Shown: piece by piece, positions 27,498-41,249 of the stretch
Position numbering within the stretch: the first letter of the stretch is position 1
Layout: every line of letters starts with the position of its first letter
DNA from: Octopus vulgaris
Lineage: Eukaryota
NCBI GenBank assembly: GCA_951406725.2
Contig: OX597834.1
Span: 34,410,001-34,474,000, forward strand
Length of the DNA stretch: 64,000 nucleotides
Direction: 5' to 3'
Notes under the pieces: generated by a model
The model's database searches: none
The model's input: only the letters and a program-made list of their open reading frames with translations
What the model was told of the DNA's origin: nothing
Program-made: the position numbers and the translations under genes

Positions 27498-30400
27498 GTA
27501 CTTGTCTGCACATTTACATATACAAAGAGCTTTGAACTTATCTTCATACATAAATTAAGCTTCAAAGAAATGTGCACAAAACATTATTCATGTGAACACT
27601 TGCAAACAGGCTTTCTTTATACAAAGGCCATGGAAGAAGGTAAGGTGATATGAGATATGGATAATCCAGTAGAAAGGTTGATGGGCTGCTGATGGCATAT
27701 TGTTCAAACCTCGCTGTGACTATTTGTCTGTGCAAGACATATTGTAGTACTGGACTAAACTGACCTTGCTGAAAATAGACATTATTCTTGCTTCATATAT
27801 GTAGAAACCTCACTCAGCTGTAGAAATAATTGCTGAAAGAACCTACATAACAGCAAAATTTGCACCACCATCCAACTAATTTTTAGCAAAGGAGAATATG
27901 GAATGCTATTAAAATATATATGTATATTTGCATATATAGGCACACACACCTTATCCTTGAATGCCTTGAACAGAGTTTCATGCTTTTATAAGCATTTGAA
28001 CTGGATCACTGGTTTTCTATCTAATGTGTTTTTGCTTGTGGCCTTCCCCTATTCTTTTGGATAGCTTATAACACACATATGCATGTATATGTATACAAAC
28101 ACACGAGTACATATATATGTGTAGCTAACTAAACTTACATGAAGAGAAAAACATGAAAGTTTCAGGTGAGAATGTAAATCCTTCATTAGATAACCAAATA
28201 CATTACTTTTGTTATCTACAAACTCTTATAGTATCTTTTTTTTTTCTATATTCTTGTTCATTTGTGTATATTGTCATTAACATTTATAGTATGTACAATA
28301 ATTTTTTCCCCATTGCAATTCTGACCCACTTGTCTCTCCACTTTTCATCACCTTTGATGTATCCAGTCCTCTAGGCATCACACTAACAACTCTTCCCAGT
28401 CTTCCCTCCCCAGAACATCAACCTTCTGGAAACTCCTCCCTGCTCATATCTTTTCTGTAGATATATATTTGCAACAGTTTAACTAGAATAGTAAAGGCAT
28501 CCATCTCACTAGTCTTAGAAGGGGCCTGCAATGGTCATAATTACTGTCCCTTCTTCCACATCCAGCAAGTAAAAAAAGCCTATCAGATAGATTGTACTAG
28601 TCATTCAAAGGTGCAGCTTTGTCATAGATTGTGTCATGCTGAGAATTACATGTATCTGAGGAATGCTCAGCCACTTATACTCTCATTCAACAAGATAGTA
28701 ATTCAGTTGACTGAAGTTGTTCACTGTTGAAACTGAAAGATGGTCTTTTATCACGTACCCTTAAAAAGGACTGGAATAACTTTCACCATAGGACTGCCCT
28801 GTGGCTAAACAACAACAACATTAACATCTCCAACTTTAATTCATTTTTGTCATTACAACTAAATCCATCCTGAAGCACTACCTTCTCTAACTATGAAGAC
28901 TATTTTAACAAAGGCACTGCAAATATTTGTTTCGTTTTGTTTTGCTTGTTTGTTTTTTCTCTCATTTTTCTTTGCTGTACACTATTCATTTTTAATTTCT
29001 TTTTCAAGAAGTAAACAGCATAATCATTCTACTAAAACTTTCAACTAATTTTTCATGTAATGCTTCTATTTCTCTGGCAAAGATCTATCATAAAGATTTT
29101 TTTTATCCTCCCACCCACTATTGCTAAATACAAACTTAATCCCAGGCAATATGCGGACTACTACAAGTTCTAAGTGAGATTTGTTGAGGAAGCTGGTCAA
29201 ATATTTTTACATATATTCTCAAGAAGGTAAAAGTTATTACTCTTGTCTCCTCAAACATAGATTCATATGTAATGCACACAAACACAACAACAATCAACCA
29301 CATTCACAACACAGAAAGTATGTAACACATGAAGTCCATAACACATCCCTCAACCACACAGTATGTAACCCTGATACACTCAAATACATACAAAGTCTAA
29401 AATACACAGAATTTATTATACATACACATACACATTTCAATTAAAAAGTCAGAAGCAATTTCTATCAGGTGTTTTTATCTCAATAGAAATAGGAAAAAGT
29501 CAAATTTAACAAAGGACAAGAAAGAGTTTAATGTATGTCTTTATCCCAGTTAGAACAGATCCTTTCACCTCCACATTACTATTAAGACTTCAGTGATTGC
29601 TACACTCTAAATTTCACACAAGTAATGTATTGTTCTCTCTACTGACAAATTATGTGTGTGTCCGCATCAAAATGAGTTAACTACACAAATAGCATCACGG
29701 TTTTTGTAGTAGTCAGTTCATACAACAACTTATTTTAATATTCAGAATCAATAACCATAAAATCCACTGTTCCAACCAACGTTTCACAGAAATATTCTCA
29801 CATAAAGTATGATAATCTTTTAGTTGAAATCCATTGCATTAAATACAAGACATTGTCACTGAAATTCCAAATGTTATTTCCATCCTAATACAAGAGCTCC
29901 TCACTATTCTTAGCTTTTTTTTATGTCTGTCTTCCTATGCTGGCTGATATAGGTTAGATAAATCTGTATTACAGTATCTTTCCAGTATTTTCTAATCTTG
30001 TGTGTGTGTGGGGGGGCATTAAACTTTTTCATCGATATATCATCTGGAAACAGCTTCTGCAGCATGAAACTTGAAGTAATAGTACAGTAGTTAACCAACA
30101 AATGTATACACACACATGCACACAAAGACATAATAGTGTAGTACCTGTACAAAAGTTACATGGTTTATTTATTTCTCTTTGTCTCTCCTGACTCCACATA
30201 TCTATTTATCTGTCAAATCTCTCTCTCTTTATAATATTTTCTCGCCTTTACCACTCACAGGATAGACATGCTTTCTCCTACCATATTAAATGTTTTATTA
30301 TATCATTTCTCTAATCCCCACTTTTCTGTTGTTGAACTTTCTTTTCCCCAGCCCTTCTCTCTTAATTGTAGCATACTCTTTATATTTCACTGTCTGCTCA

Positions 30401-32592
30401 CTTGAGTACCTGTCTCACTTTCCAGTTGATTGCTAGCATATTTTATCATTTTATCTAAAAACAAATGTCCAAGATATTACAAATGTCATAAAGGCAGTTC
30501 AGAAGTTGAGGGTTCACTTCTGCTCTCTTCAAATTCAAATATTATTCTTTAATTATTGTTCATTATTAATTCATGTATAAATATTAAATAAATCCATAAC
30601 GAATGTCTGTATTATTCTTAGAACAGTTGTTGTTTAAAAGCAGACCAGACAGGATTTAGAAAACCAATGTCAAAAGTATTGTCTAGTCCGTCTTCTAAGA
30701 GTTGTTTAGGATTACATCAACCAATGTGTCCTCTACTGATTTAAGACAGTATAGTGTGATAAGCAGAGATTTAGCTGCTATATCTAGCATGCTTACATGA
30801 TCGCATAGAAGCTCCCTGATGTTTAGGTGATTACATATTATTTTCTTCATCTTCAAAGTTCAACTTTGTAGATGCTGATGCATTGTTCAGTTGGTATTCT
30901 TGTTATTCATCAAGGAACTTTTATTTAACAACTACATCTGTTATTCTAACCAGCATCCCAAGAAACAAAAGCACTGTCATTTTAAGGTACTTTGACACTA
31001 AACTTCAGCAAGAAAGAGACTTCTATGCTACCTGGAGGTGGAGATGGATAATCAAAGAAACAAATATCAGAATAAACAATTCAACTAAGGAAAAATACAG
31101 CCAATTGATAATGATTATAATTCTTGTATAATTCTATTCACATTTTGGATGTATTATAGGAATGCAAATCAACTTTAATTTACCAACCCTAGATGGAAGG
31201 ATGAAAGACAAAGTTGACCTCAGCAAAAATACCAAAACTAAATACTGCAAGGCATTTTGTCCAATATTCTAATGATTCTACCAATCCACTACCTATAAAT
31301 GGAGACAAATGCTTTAGTCTAATATTCAAGTATATTGAAATGACAACACTTTTGTTTCATAGCACAACAGGCAAGTGGTTAAATCAGTAGACTAGTAGTT
31401 AGTAGCATCAAGTTTAAACCCTGGCATAGCTCGAGAATAATCCCCTGAAGACAACTGGTGATAATACTAATCAAAACATTGCTACCATATATGATAAACG
31501 TCTATATTTACAAATTTAAATACCAAAGACAATGGAAATAGGGATATAGTTTAATATATTGACATAATCCTGAGAAGTAGTGACTCAGGAAGGCAGACTC
31601 AGCAACGAATAAATAACATTATTTAAACAATCCTCAAAAAATGTTCAATAAAATTGGAGAAATTTATTAATACTTTTCCAAAGAATTCTCAGAAACATAT
31701 TTTTTCATTACTAAGTAAAATTGTTCTATAAGCAGACTTCTGATAACAACCAGAACATAGGTGTTGTCACTACAAAGTTGTTGACAGCAAGAGTTCCATA
31801 AAATGTCAGAGATTACTTTCGATACATGTCAGTAAAAATAAGATTCAGTAGATGAAGATTTAGGTATGAAACTCAATCTCTATGTCTGTCTACTGCACCT
31901 TGTCTTAATCTGCCATTCTGGCTTTCTTGGATTTTTAGCATTGAAATTGCTTTGTGGAAATCTTATTGTTATAATTATAGGATTTCATTTCTAGAGACTC
32001 TATAGAACAGTTCTCTTAAATAAACAGACAATCATTAGAACAACATCCAAATGACAGATCAACGTCCATAAAAGTGATTCATTATTCAAACATTATACAA
32101 ATGGACTTCAATGGTGACAAATCTTTCACACAGCCAAAGAAATGATGCAGAGAATTCGCTTGGAATCAATAACATTAGCAAGCAGACAGCACTAGCTAGA
32201 ATTCCAGCAGGCAAGAGTTCTAAAAGGGAAAAGTTCTTCTCAGGAATTTTACTCACTCTCATGCTTCAGGCTTTTATCATAATTTGATCATCTCATGGTT
32301 TTGTCATTTATCCACATATTCTAAATCAATCACAGTTAAGTTATTGGCAATAGAAAAAGAAAAAAAAAATCTAATACACTATTTAGCAGAACATCTCCCC
32401 TTGTTTGGAGCTGGAAATAATAACTTAATGAAAGATTCAGATTTCAGTGGAATATTTCTCATCTTGTATGTAATTACCATTGTGTGTATGTGTACGTATT
32501 TTTTATAGAGCAAATTAATTTTAGGGTTCTCTTGATTAAGGTTTCTATTTGAAGTAAATAATTTAAATAAACGTTGGATAATGAACACATAC

Positions 32593-32624
<32 letters not shown>

Positions 32625-33171
32625 ATGAAACTTTCATTATACACACACATGTATATATACAAAACTTATACACACACAACAGCTTGTAGATTTAAGGGAG
32701 ATTATCTTTTTTGTAATGGATTATTGATTGAAGATACTGATTTCAAATAAAAGGTGGTGGTGGTAGTGGTGGTAGCAGTAGTAAAAGCACCAGCAGCAGC
32801 AGTGGTAGTAGTAGTAACAATAACATAACAAAAAAATCTAATAAGTAAATGCTAATATAATCTTGGAGGAAGGTCATCAGAGAAATTACAAAGCAGAGAT
32901 TGCTGTAAATCTATGTTTACTGCAGATGTTCTCTGGCATAACACGAAATTTGTTTGTGTGTATGTTTGCATGTGTGCATATATGTGTGTAACAGTAACAT
33001 TGATAATGCATTATTAACATATTTTCACTCTATTCATTGTTCACAGTCAGCAGATTTTTAGACAAATATCAATTTGTTCTGCTAATCATTGCTTCTTGTT
33101 ATCCATAAATTCATACACACGCACAAACACATGCCACCAGCAAAACAGTTTATACACACCCAAACAGACAT

Positions 33172-33528
33172 ATCTTTTATCTTTTACTTGTTTCACTCAC
33201 TGACTGCGCACATACTGGGGCACTGCCTCAAAGAATTTTTTGTCAAATGAATCAACCCAAGTATTTATCTTTTTTTTTTTAAAAATCGGTCGCTTTTGCT
33301 GAACTGCCAAATTTAAGGGACAGTAACACACCAATGCTGGTTGTCAAGTGGAGGTGGGAGATAAACATAGACACAAAGACAAACAAGCACACACACACAC
33401 ACACACACATACACACACACACACACACACATACACACACACACACACACACAACAAACGTCTCACAGTTTCCATCTATGAAATCTACTCAGAAAGTTTT
33501 GGTCGGCCTACGGCTATAATAGAAGACT
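33172..33528 (-). mobile_element. SINE family A copy, reverse orientation
   Basis: atcttttatcttttacttgtttca...ttttgctgaactg...ggttgtcaag...(CA)n...ggctataatagaagac is the reverse complement of the 12630 copy. Confidence 0.8.
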
Positions 33529-34672
33529 TTGTGTTGACCATTTTCTCCTTCAACTGTAGATCCTTTGATGCTTAAGAGCAATGGCAATGGAGGGCACAAC
33601 TGTGTGGGCAACCACAGAGTCACAAATGCTACAGATTATACCAGACTAGGTGTCTTTATGAATAAAAAAAAAATCTATAAAAGTAATATTATTTCATCAT
33701 TGCAGAGGCACATGACAACCTGACCACAGCATCAACCAAACCTGAGAAGTGAGATCCTCTTTGTAGCAAAAGATAATTGCACAATAAAGCCGAATAGTAG
33801 CTTTGATAATGCACACTTCACAGTATCACTATCTTTGATGTGAAGGAGCTAGGTCCAGTGACAAAATGATCCACAATGGTTAGTAAATCCTCCCAGCTGC
33901 ACAAGGCTACCAGAAATATAGTCTGTCAGAAACTGCCTTAAAGCTGACTGCTATAACTTGTTTTTCTCTAAGGGTGTAATTTCTTAGCCTTTGCCTTCTT
34001 GGTCTGACCTATAAAGCAGCAAGACAGTTGATTTGATGTGTCTTAGAGGGTAAGCTTGCACACTGTATTTCTTAGATTCACTGCTTTGTCCAATCAATGT
34101 TACAAAGCTTAAGTGTGATTGCACATAAAATATAGAACAGTTTAACTTATTTTTTACATGTATATAAAAAAAAGTGAAAGTCATATCAATTTCATTCCAT
34201 TACAAATATTAAAGGTAAAGAGTAGATCTGTTCATTATTAAATACCACATATAATCTGAACTTATTGGGTTTTACATACAACACTTACAAAAAGAAAGGC
34301 ACACTATCAATTTACATATTCACACTTTTGAAAAAATAAAAGAAAAAGAGTTTGAAAAAGGATTTAAGGTGATAGCTAAAAATAAATGTATTTTATATCT
34401 ACATAGGTGTATATGTATGAATGAAAGTATGTGCACGCACACACACACACACACACATACACAGAATTTGTTCATAAACAAAATCATCTCATACCTAAAA
34501 GTTTTGTGCAGTTGATATTAGTCAACAGTACTAATCTCTACATACTTCTAACACAAATATGTGTTGAGCATTTTTCGTTTTTACACAAAAACCACAAAAG
34601 GAAAACATGCATGTTTTGTCATAAATGTGAAAAACAAGAAAAAGCATGAGTGTGTGTGTGTGTATCTATCTA

Positions 34673-34712
<40 letters not shown>

Positions 34713-36340
34713 TATATACACACACATTTATACAAAACAAAACAATGAAGTATTTAAATTTAGAAAATTGCTTTTTTTTTCACTTTTTCACCACATTAAA
34801 ATGAAAATTGATTCTCATCCTAAGAATTAATAGAGTAAATAATGTTGATTGTAAGGCAATGAGGGGGAACAGATTTCTGGAGCAATCATTGGCATAGTAG
34901 TTAAGAATTGTTCTTGTTCCATGGTCAAACATTTCTCCTCCATACAAATATTCAAGCTATCTAATCAGAGAACTTTTATATAGTCATTCAACCTATGTCA
35001 AAACATCAGATAAAAACCTTCCTCAAATCACTTCCTACTCTCTTAAGATAAAATTAAAACACATTGGGTAATGTACTGCCAAATATATGTTATCTGAAAA
35101 AAATAAAAGGATGGTATGCACATGATTAGAACACTTTTAGTCCTAGATGTTTTATGATTGAATGTCCTGCCAAACACCAACCACCTTACAAAGTGGACTG
35201 AGTGCTTTTTACATGGCACCATAATTTGTACTTTATTTTATTGACTCCCCCCCCCCCTTGCCCCCAAGAGATCAAAACCAAAGTTAGTTTCTGCAAGAAT
35301 TGAACCTAGAATGTAGAGAGTCATAACAAATACTGTAAGGCATTTTGTTTGATGCTCTGGAAATTCTGCCAATCTGCTGCCCTCATGGGGCTAAATAATA
35401 ACAGCAACAAAGAACACATTGTATAATGAAGTGCTACAAACACTAGATCTTTAGAATAAAGATAAGACATTCAGAGCTTAAACACCTTTCGAATATAAGT
35501 ATCTTGGATCAGGGCTGAACTGGGACTCTACAACAAAACACAAATGCACATACATGCAAGTACACATACACACACATGTACATGTACACACACCATTTTG
35601 TCTATACAGTGTGAGTAGCAGTGACATCCATAATCAAAGCTGGCCATTTTTAGCACCGAGTTATTGATCTACATGGCAAAATATTGATTGACATCACAAA
35701 AATAGCTGACGTCTCTAATAAGAAATGCATGATGTTTCCAATGAATGTGAAGATACTTGAAGACAACAATGAATTTCCTCTGTGTTTTGCCTATGAACCA
35801 CGTCTTCCATGTGTCTGTATAAAGGGGAGGTTGTGTGAGCAGGGTGGGGTGGGGGGTGACATGCATGTGTGTGCATGTATGTGTGTGTGTGTGCTTTGGT
35901 GATGTAGAAGAACAAGGTTTTTACCTTCAGTTAACAAAGGTTTACTGGGATGATGATGATGATGACAGAACTAGTAATGATTATGGCAATGGTAATGATA
36001 ATGATGTTAGTGGTGGTGGTAAAGACTATTAAGGATAGCTGTTGTGATGATGACGATAGCTTTAGTGGCTATGGTTGTAGTCATGATGGTAATGGGATGA
36101 TAGGTCTAGTATTGACGATGATGAAGCTGCTGATGATGATGATGATTCTTAATGAGTACACAATGTTAATCTTTCATGAAGAAACAAGAAAAAAGAATAG
36201 CATGTAATTTTATTACATATTAAGAGTGAGGATGAGAGGGAGAAGAAATGAGATAGAAGTAGAGAGAGTAAGGGAGAAAAACAGAATTTTTTAAAGTATG
36301 TCTATACACACACACACACAAAGAAAAAGAGTGTGTGTAA

Positions 36341-36372
<32 letters not shown>

Positions 36373-37335
36373 TCAGGCAGACAAACAGACAGACAGATAG
36401 ATAGATAGATAGATTTATATAGATATATAAATAGAGAGTAAGAGAGAGACAGAATTTAAAGAATGAGAGAGATGCAAGAGTTATTAGAACTCCTCAGATG
36501 AATGAGTGATGGCTCAGTATTAAAACAGTTTGTTTCCACTAATAGGTTTCAGTTTATAGAAATAACTGAGAACAATTCTATTACAACTTCCGGTGACATT
36601 CAGATTGTACAGATCTCCCCCATTCCTCATCATAACCAGGACATTAAAAAAGAAAATGATGAGGGAAGCTTTAATCAATGCTGGTTTTACGTTTATGATC
36701 ACTGAAGACTTATCAAAAGATACGAGAAAATGAAAACTAAAATCTGAGGAAATTAGTGACAGTCTGGTGGGGATCTGGCAAAAGAAAAAATAAAGAAATA
36801 AAAAAAAGTTATAAAAAAAAACTGTAAAATTTTACAAATTTTATAAAGATGTAAACTTAAAACAGTTTCTCGACCCAGATTCTTGACAACAACCACAAAT
36901 AGTGGTGATCAAATTTCAAAGATTAGCTTAAACATGGAGAATAAGAAACAAGAAGCCACATCTTTACAGAAAAATCATTTAAAGAAAAAAATTTTTGTTT
37001 GTTTGTTATTCCCCCTCTCCCCACCCACAAACAAAAAAATAACCTTATCAATAGTCACAACTGAAATTTAAATAAAAATTCTATATTTTTCCAACAATGT
37101 CAAATGAGGTGCAGAAGATGTATTGATGTCATGCAGACTAGTTCAATGGATTAAATTGTAGATAAAAGATCAAACTGAAGAGAACACCATATTATATAGA
37201 TTGAGAGTGACCAAATAGATGTGAGTTAGCCACAAGCAACTTTTGACAATTAGTGTACAGATTACAGAATTACTTCATTGGTGAAACTTCTTTTTCTAAC
37301 ACTGCAAACATATGAACAAATAGAATATATATATA

Positions 37336-37395
37336 TAACCCATGCTAGCATGGAAAGCGGACGTTAAACGATGATGATGATGATGATGATGATGA

Positions 37396-37398
<3 letters not shown>
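37336..37398 (+). mobile_element. Extremely 5'-truncated retroposon 3' tail inserted in (TA)n
   Basis: aacccatgctagcatggaaagcggacgttaaac(gat)n flanked by TA repeats, with CpGs intact. Confidence 0.7.
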
Positions 37399-37432
<34 letters not shown>

Positions 37433-38396
37433 TGGAGATACAGCTAAGTGATTAAGAATTTTATTTCACAATCACACAGTTCAGGGTTTAATTCTATTGT
37501 GTGACACCTTGAGTTGGCCAATATCTTGAATGTAGAATCTGGCATCCACAAACTGTTTATTGTATAAAAAAGATAAAGAGGATTCTTTAACCTTGTCAAA
37601 TACAGCATTTCTAGAGCCAGTGGCATGATGAAACATACCCAATCTATGTTGTGAAATAGTTTGTGATAGGATGTGTATCCAACTACAAATATCTGTGCCA
37701 AAAAAACACAACATATCAAATAGAGTTAGCTAGTTTTCTGTTGCTGTGTGTCACTGATGAGAAAGAACAGCATCAGTGTAGAAATATTGTGGGATCCATC
37801 ATAGAAAAGTAGAGTAAAATGATGATCATGATCACAATGATATGTACATGGGTGTGAGTGTGCCTGTATTTATGTTTATTGATATAAGTAGGTGTGTCAA
37901 GTTACATTCCTTTATGTTAAATGGTCAACTAATCATCCAATAAATGAAGAATACTAAAAATAAGTACAAAATTGAAATAAGTACTGGGTTCAATGTTGTC
38001 AAAACTCTTGAGAGCATTGCTCCCACATGACCACTGTCTAATCACTGAAATGTGAAAATAAAAAGTTAAAAATGATATTATGAAATGCTGATTTCCCACA
38101 TTAAAGCAGAGCCTCAAAATGTAAGGCAGTTGATTAATCATCCCCAGTACATATTTGGTACTTATTTTTATTGAACCTGAAGAGATGAAAGGCAAAGTGA
38201 ACTTAGACAAGATTTTAGTTTAGAAAGATGTAGCTTAACACTTTATAATTTCTGCTGCTTCACCACCCTTATATATTATTGATATACAATATTTATATAC
38301 AACTGTAAGATATATACATATATATATATATATATATATTGTTTTTGTATTTGGTTTACAAGATTCTTTATGTGAATTCGTGCATTGAAGCATACT

Positions 38397-38660
38397 ATAT
38401 TGCGTCTGGGGAGAGTCATTCTGTTTTAATACCTTATTAACACACTCACCGGTTCCATTTCCACTCATTTACTTATTTATCTTTTCTAAAATTTCCGTTG
38501 CTTCTTGCTGCCTTTTCAATAGGCATTCAATAGACTATTGAAGAGGTAGCAAGAAGCAACAAAAATTTTAGGAAAAATAAATAAGTAAATGAGTGGAAAT
38601 CGAACTGGTGTGTTAATTAATAAGGCATGAAAATGGAATGACTCTCCCCAGACACAATAA
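38397..38660. mobile_element. Palindromic MITE with arms of about 125 bp and a very short spacer
   Basis: tattgcgtctggggagagtcattc ... gaatgactctccccagacacaata; the arms pair almost to the centre near 38525. Confidence 0.85.
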
Positions 38661-39044
38661 TATATGTAAGTAGGTAGGTGGGTGAATGGGTGGGTATTGG
38701 GTAGGTATGTAAGTAGGTTAGATAGATAATAGCATCTTGATATTCTACAATATAAATTTCTTTTAACAAAAAAAAAAAACATAAATCTTGTTGATGTGTA
38801 ATGGATTACATTGAACTCCAGTACTTCACTTCTTATTGATGTTGGAGTGGATGAAGAGCAATGTCAGTTTATGTTAATTTTGAACTTTATAATTTAAAGT
38901 CATAAACCTGAACATTTAATGCCCTCAGCTATTGCTTCCACTCTATAGGTCTATGACACTCTTCAATATTAAAACTTCAATCATAAGAGGAAAATTATGC
39001 CCCATTACATATTACACCAATAATAATAATAATAATAATAACAA

Positions 39045-39494
39045 CAACTTCTAACTAAGGCACAAGGCCAGCAATTTGTGGAGGGAGATAGGTAGCTAAT
39101 TAAATCAATCATCCCTATACTTAACTTATACTTAATGAAACCTGGAGATGAAAGGCAAAGTTGACTTTGGTGGAATTTGAACTCAGAAATATAAAGGGCT
39201 CTAGCTAAATACAACAAGGCATTTTATCCAATGCTCTAACTATTCTGCCAATGCAAATGATAAATAACAATGATTCCTAATTTAGACACAAGGCTAGCAG
39301 TTTCGAGAGGAGGGAGTTAGACAGTAACTATTAACCCCACTAATTGACTTGTACTTTAGTTTATTGATTCCAAAGGGATGAGAGGCAAAGTTAACCTTGG
39401 CAGGATTTGAAGTCAGAAAGTAAAAAGCCAGAACAAATAATGACATTTTATCTGATATGCTATTGATTCACTAAATGAAATAATAATAATAATG

Positions 39495-39542
<48 letters not shown>

Positions 39543-40167
39543 GCTACTGGTAATTTTTGGTAAAGAGGGGTTTGGTCAATTACCTCGACCTCAGTGCTCA
39601 ACTAATATTTATTTTATCAACCTTGAAACATAGAGGCGGAAAAAATGTCACTAAGCATTTTGTCCAATGCAATAACAATTCTGCCAGGTCACCACCTTCA
39701 TAATAATAATAATAATAATAATTAATAATAATAATCCTTTCCACTATAGGCACAAGGCCTGAAATTTGGGGAGGGTGATAGTCGATTACATCAACCCCAG
39801 TACTCAACTTATTTTATAAACCCCAAAAGGATGAAAGGTAAAGTTGACCTCAGAGGAATTTGAACTCAGAACATAAAGACAGATAAAATACCACTAAGCA
39901 TTTTGCCCAGCATGCTAATAATTCTGCCAGTTTACTGCCAATAATAATAATAATAATAGTCCTTTCTAATTTTGGCACTAGGCCAGCAATTTTGGAGGAG
40001 GAGGTAAGTCAATTACATCAACTCCAGTAGTCAAATGGTATTTATTTCATCGACCCCGAAAAGATGAAAGGCAAAATTGACCTCAGTGGAATGTGTGCCC
40101 AGAACATAAGCAAGAACAAAATGCAGCTAAGTATTTTACCTGGCATGCTAATGATTCTGCCAGCTCA
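39045..40167 (-). mobile_element. Head-to-tail array of about 5 family-B SINEs separated by (AAT)n
   Basis: The core gatgaaaggcaaagttgac...gaatttgaactcagaa or a variant recurs near 39147, 39377, 39830 and 40064, with a partial copy near 39550-39700. Confidence 0.85.
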
Positions 40168-40227
<60 letters not shown>

Positions 40228-40965
40228 AATAATAATAATAATAATATTTTTTTAAATAGGTATATTTATTGGTTGAATTCATCAATTAGCTTTGAGAAGA
40301 GAGGGAACTTCAATGTTGGAATAAAATGCAAGATAGTCATGGTTGAAAATACTTCTGATCATAAATTTGCTGGATCAAGGCTGATCAAGGACTGAACAAC
40401 AACATCTAGTATGGTGATTCTATTGTCCAGTGAAAGAAGTTCAAAATATTTACATTTTCTTAACTGATATATTGACAGGTGTTGTGGATGGAGAGAGGGG
40501 AAGGGGTGATCAAGTAGGAATATATCAATTAGACAGGAATGTAGCAGAGAATTAAGTGATACTTCATCGTACTAATTCACATGTACACATAACACGTTAA
40601 CACACTGAAATAAGAACGGTGAGAATCAATATTCATTGGCAGCAGATCCAAACAGCAACAGCAGCAACAACATTAACAACAACAGCAACAGCAGCAGTAG
40701 CAGCAACAAAAAGAAAAAAAACAAAAAATATATTAAAAATATTGTGAAACAAAAGACGGGAGAGAAACTGGTGGGGAGTGGAAAGAGAGAAAAATACTGT
40801 GACAAACAACTAAGGTTGTGCATTAAATATAGGTCAGAAAAAGATGCAGAGGTTGGGGAAATACAAGGAATGTTCGGCAATGCCAAGACCAAGAGTAAGA
40901 TTTATTAGAGTAAAAAAAGTAAAAAGAGAGAAAATTAAAAGATCCATTTAGCTTGTTACACTTAC

Positions 40966-41064
40966 CTGTCCTCTTTGTTTGCCTTTGAGTAATATGCTCG
41001 CATACGGATTGCTGAGTAGAACGAAAATGATTCATTTAGGTAGTTTGTTTCACTAGTTCGTAAA
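40966..41064 (-). CDS. SCAI: Internal coding exon of SCAI (suppressor of cancer cell invasion) ortholog, 99 nt, phase 2-2
   Basis: Minus strand reads ttttttgttctttttcag|TTTACGAACT...GAGGACAG|gtaagt. It translates to (Y)LRTSETNYLNESFSFYSAIRMRAYYSKANKED(R), closely matching vertebrate SCAI as recalled (YLRTSETSYLNEAFSFYSAIRQRSYYSQVNKEDR). Both splice sites are canonical and strong. Confidence 0.92.
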
Positions 41065-41249
41065 CTGAAAAAGAACAAAAAATGAATTAATCAAGATTGA
41101 AATTTAGATTTTAAGAGAAAAAAAAACAAAGAAAATAACAAGCAAATAAGGTTTCCGTCAATGTAACTCATCACATCCACTCCACAGGTATTTCATTGCA
41201 CACATAATAACAAATAATGTTTGACTCAGCATTATTAACCGAATAAATA

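Noticed and set aside
35669-35866. ORF containing RKFIVV, reminiscent of SCAI ARFIVV
   Set aside because: The flanking residues do not match PELxVKKLRYY or CLLL, so the similarity is by chance.
40823-41035. ORF MNHFRSTQQSVCEH...
   Set aside because: It is an off-frame reading of the SCAI exon that runs through the donor site.
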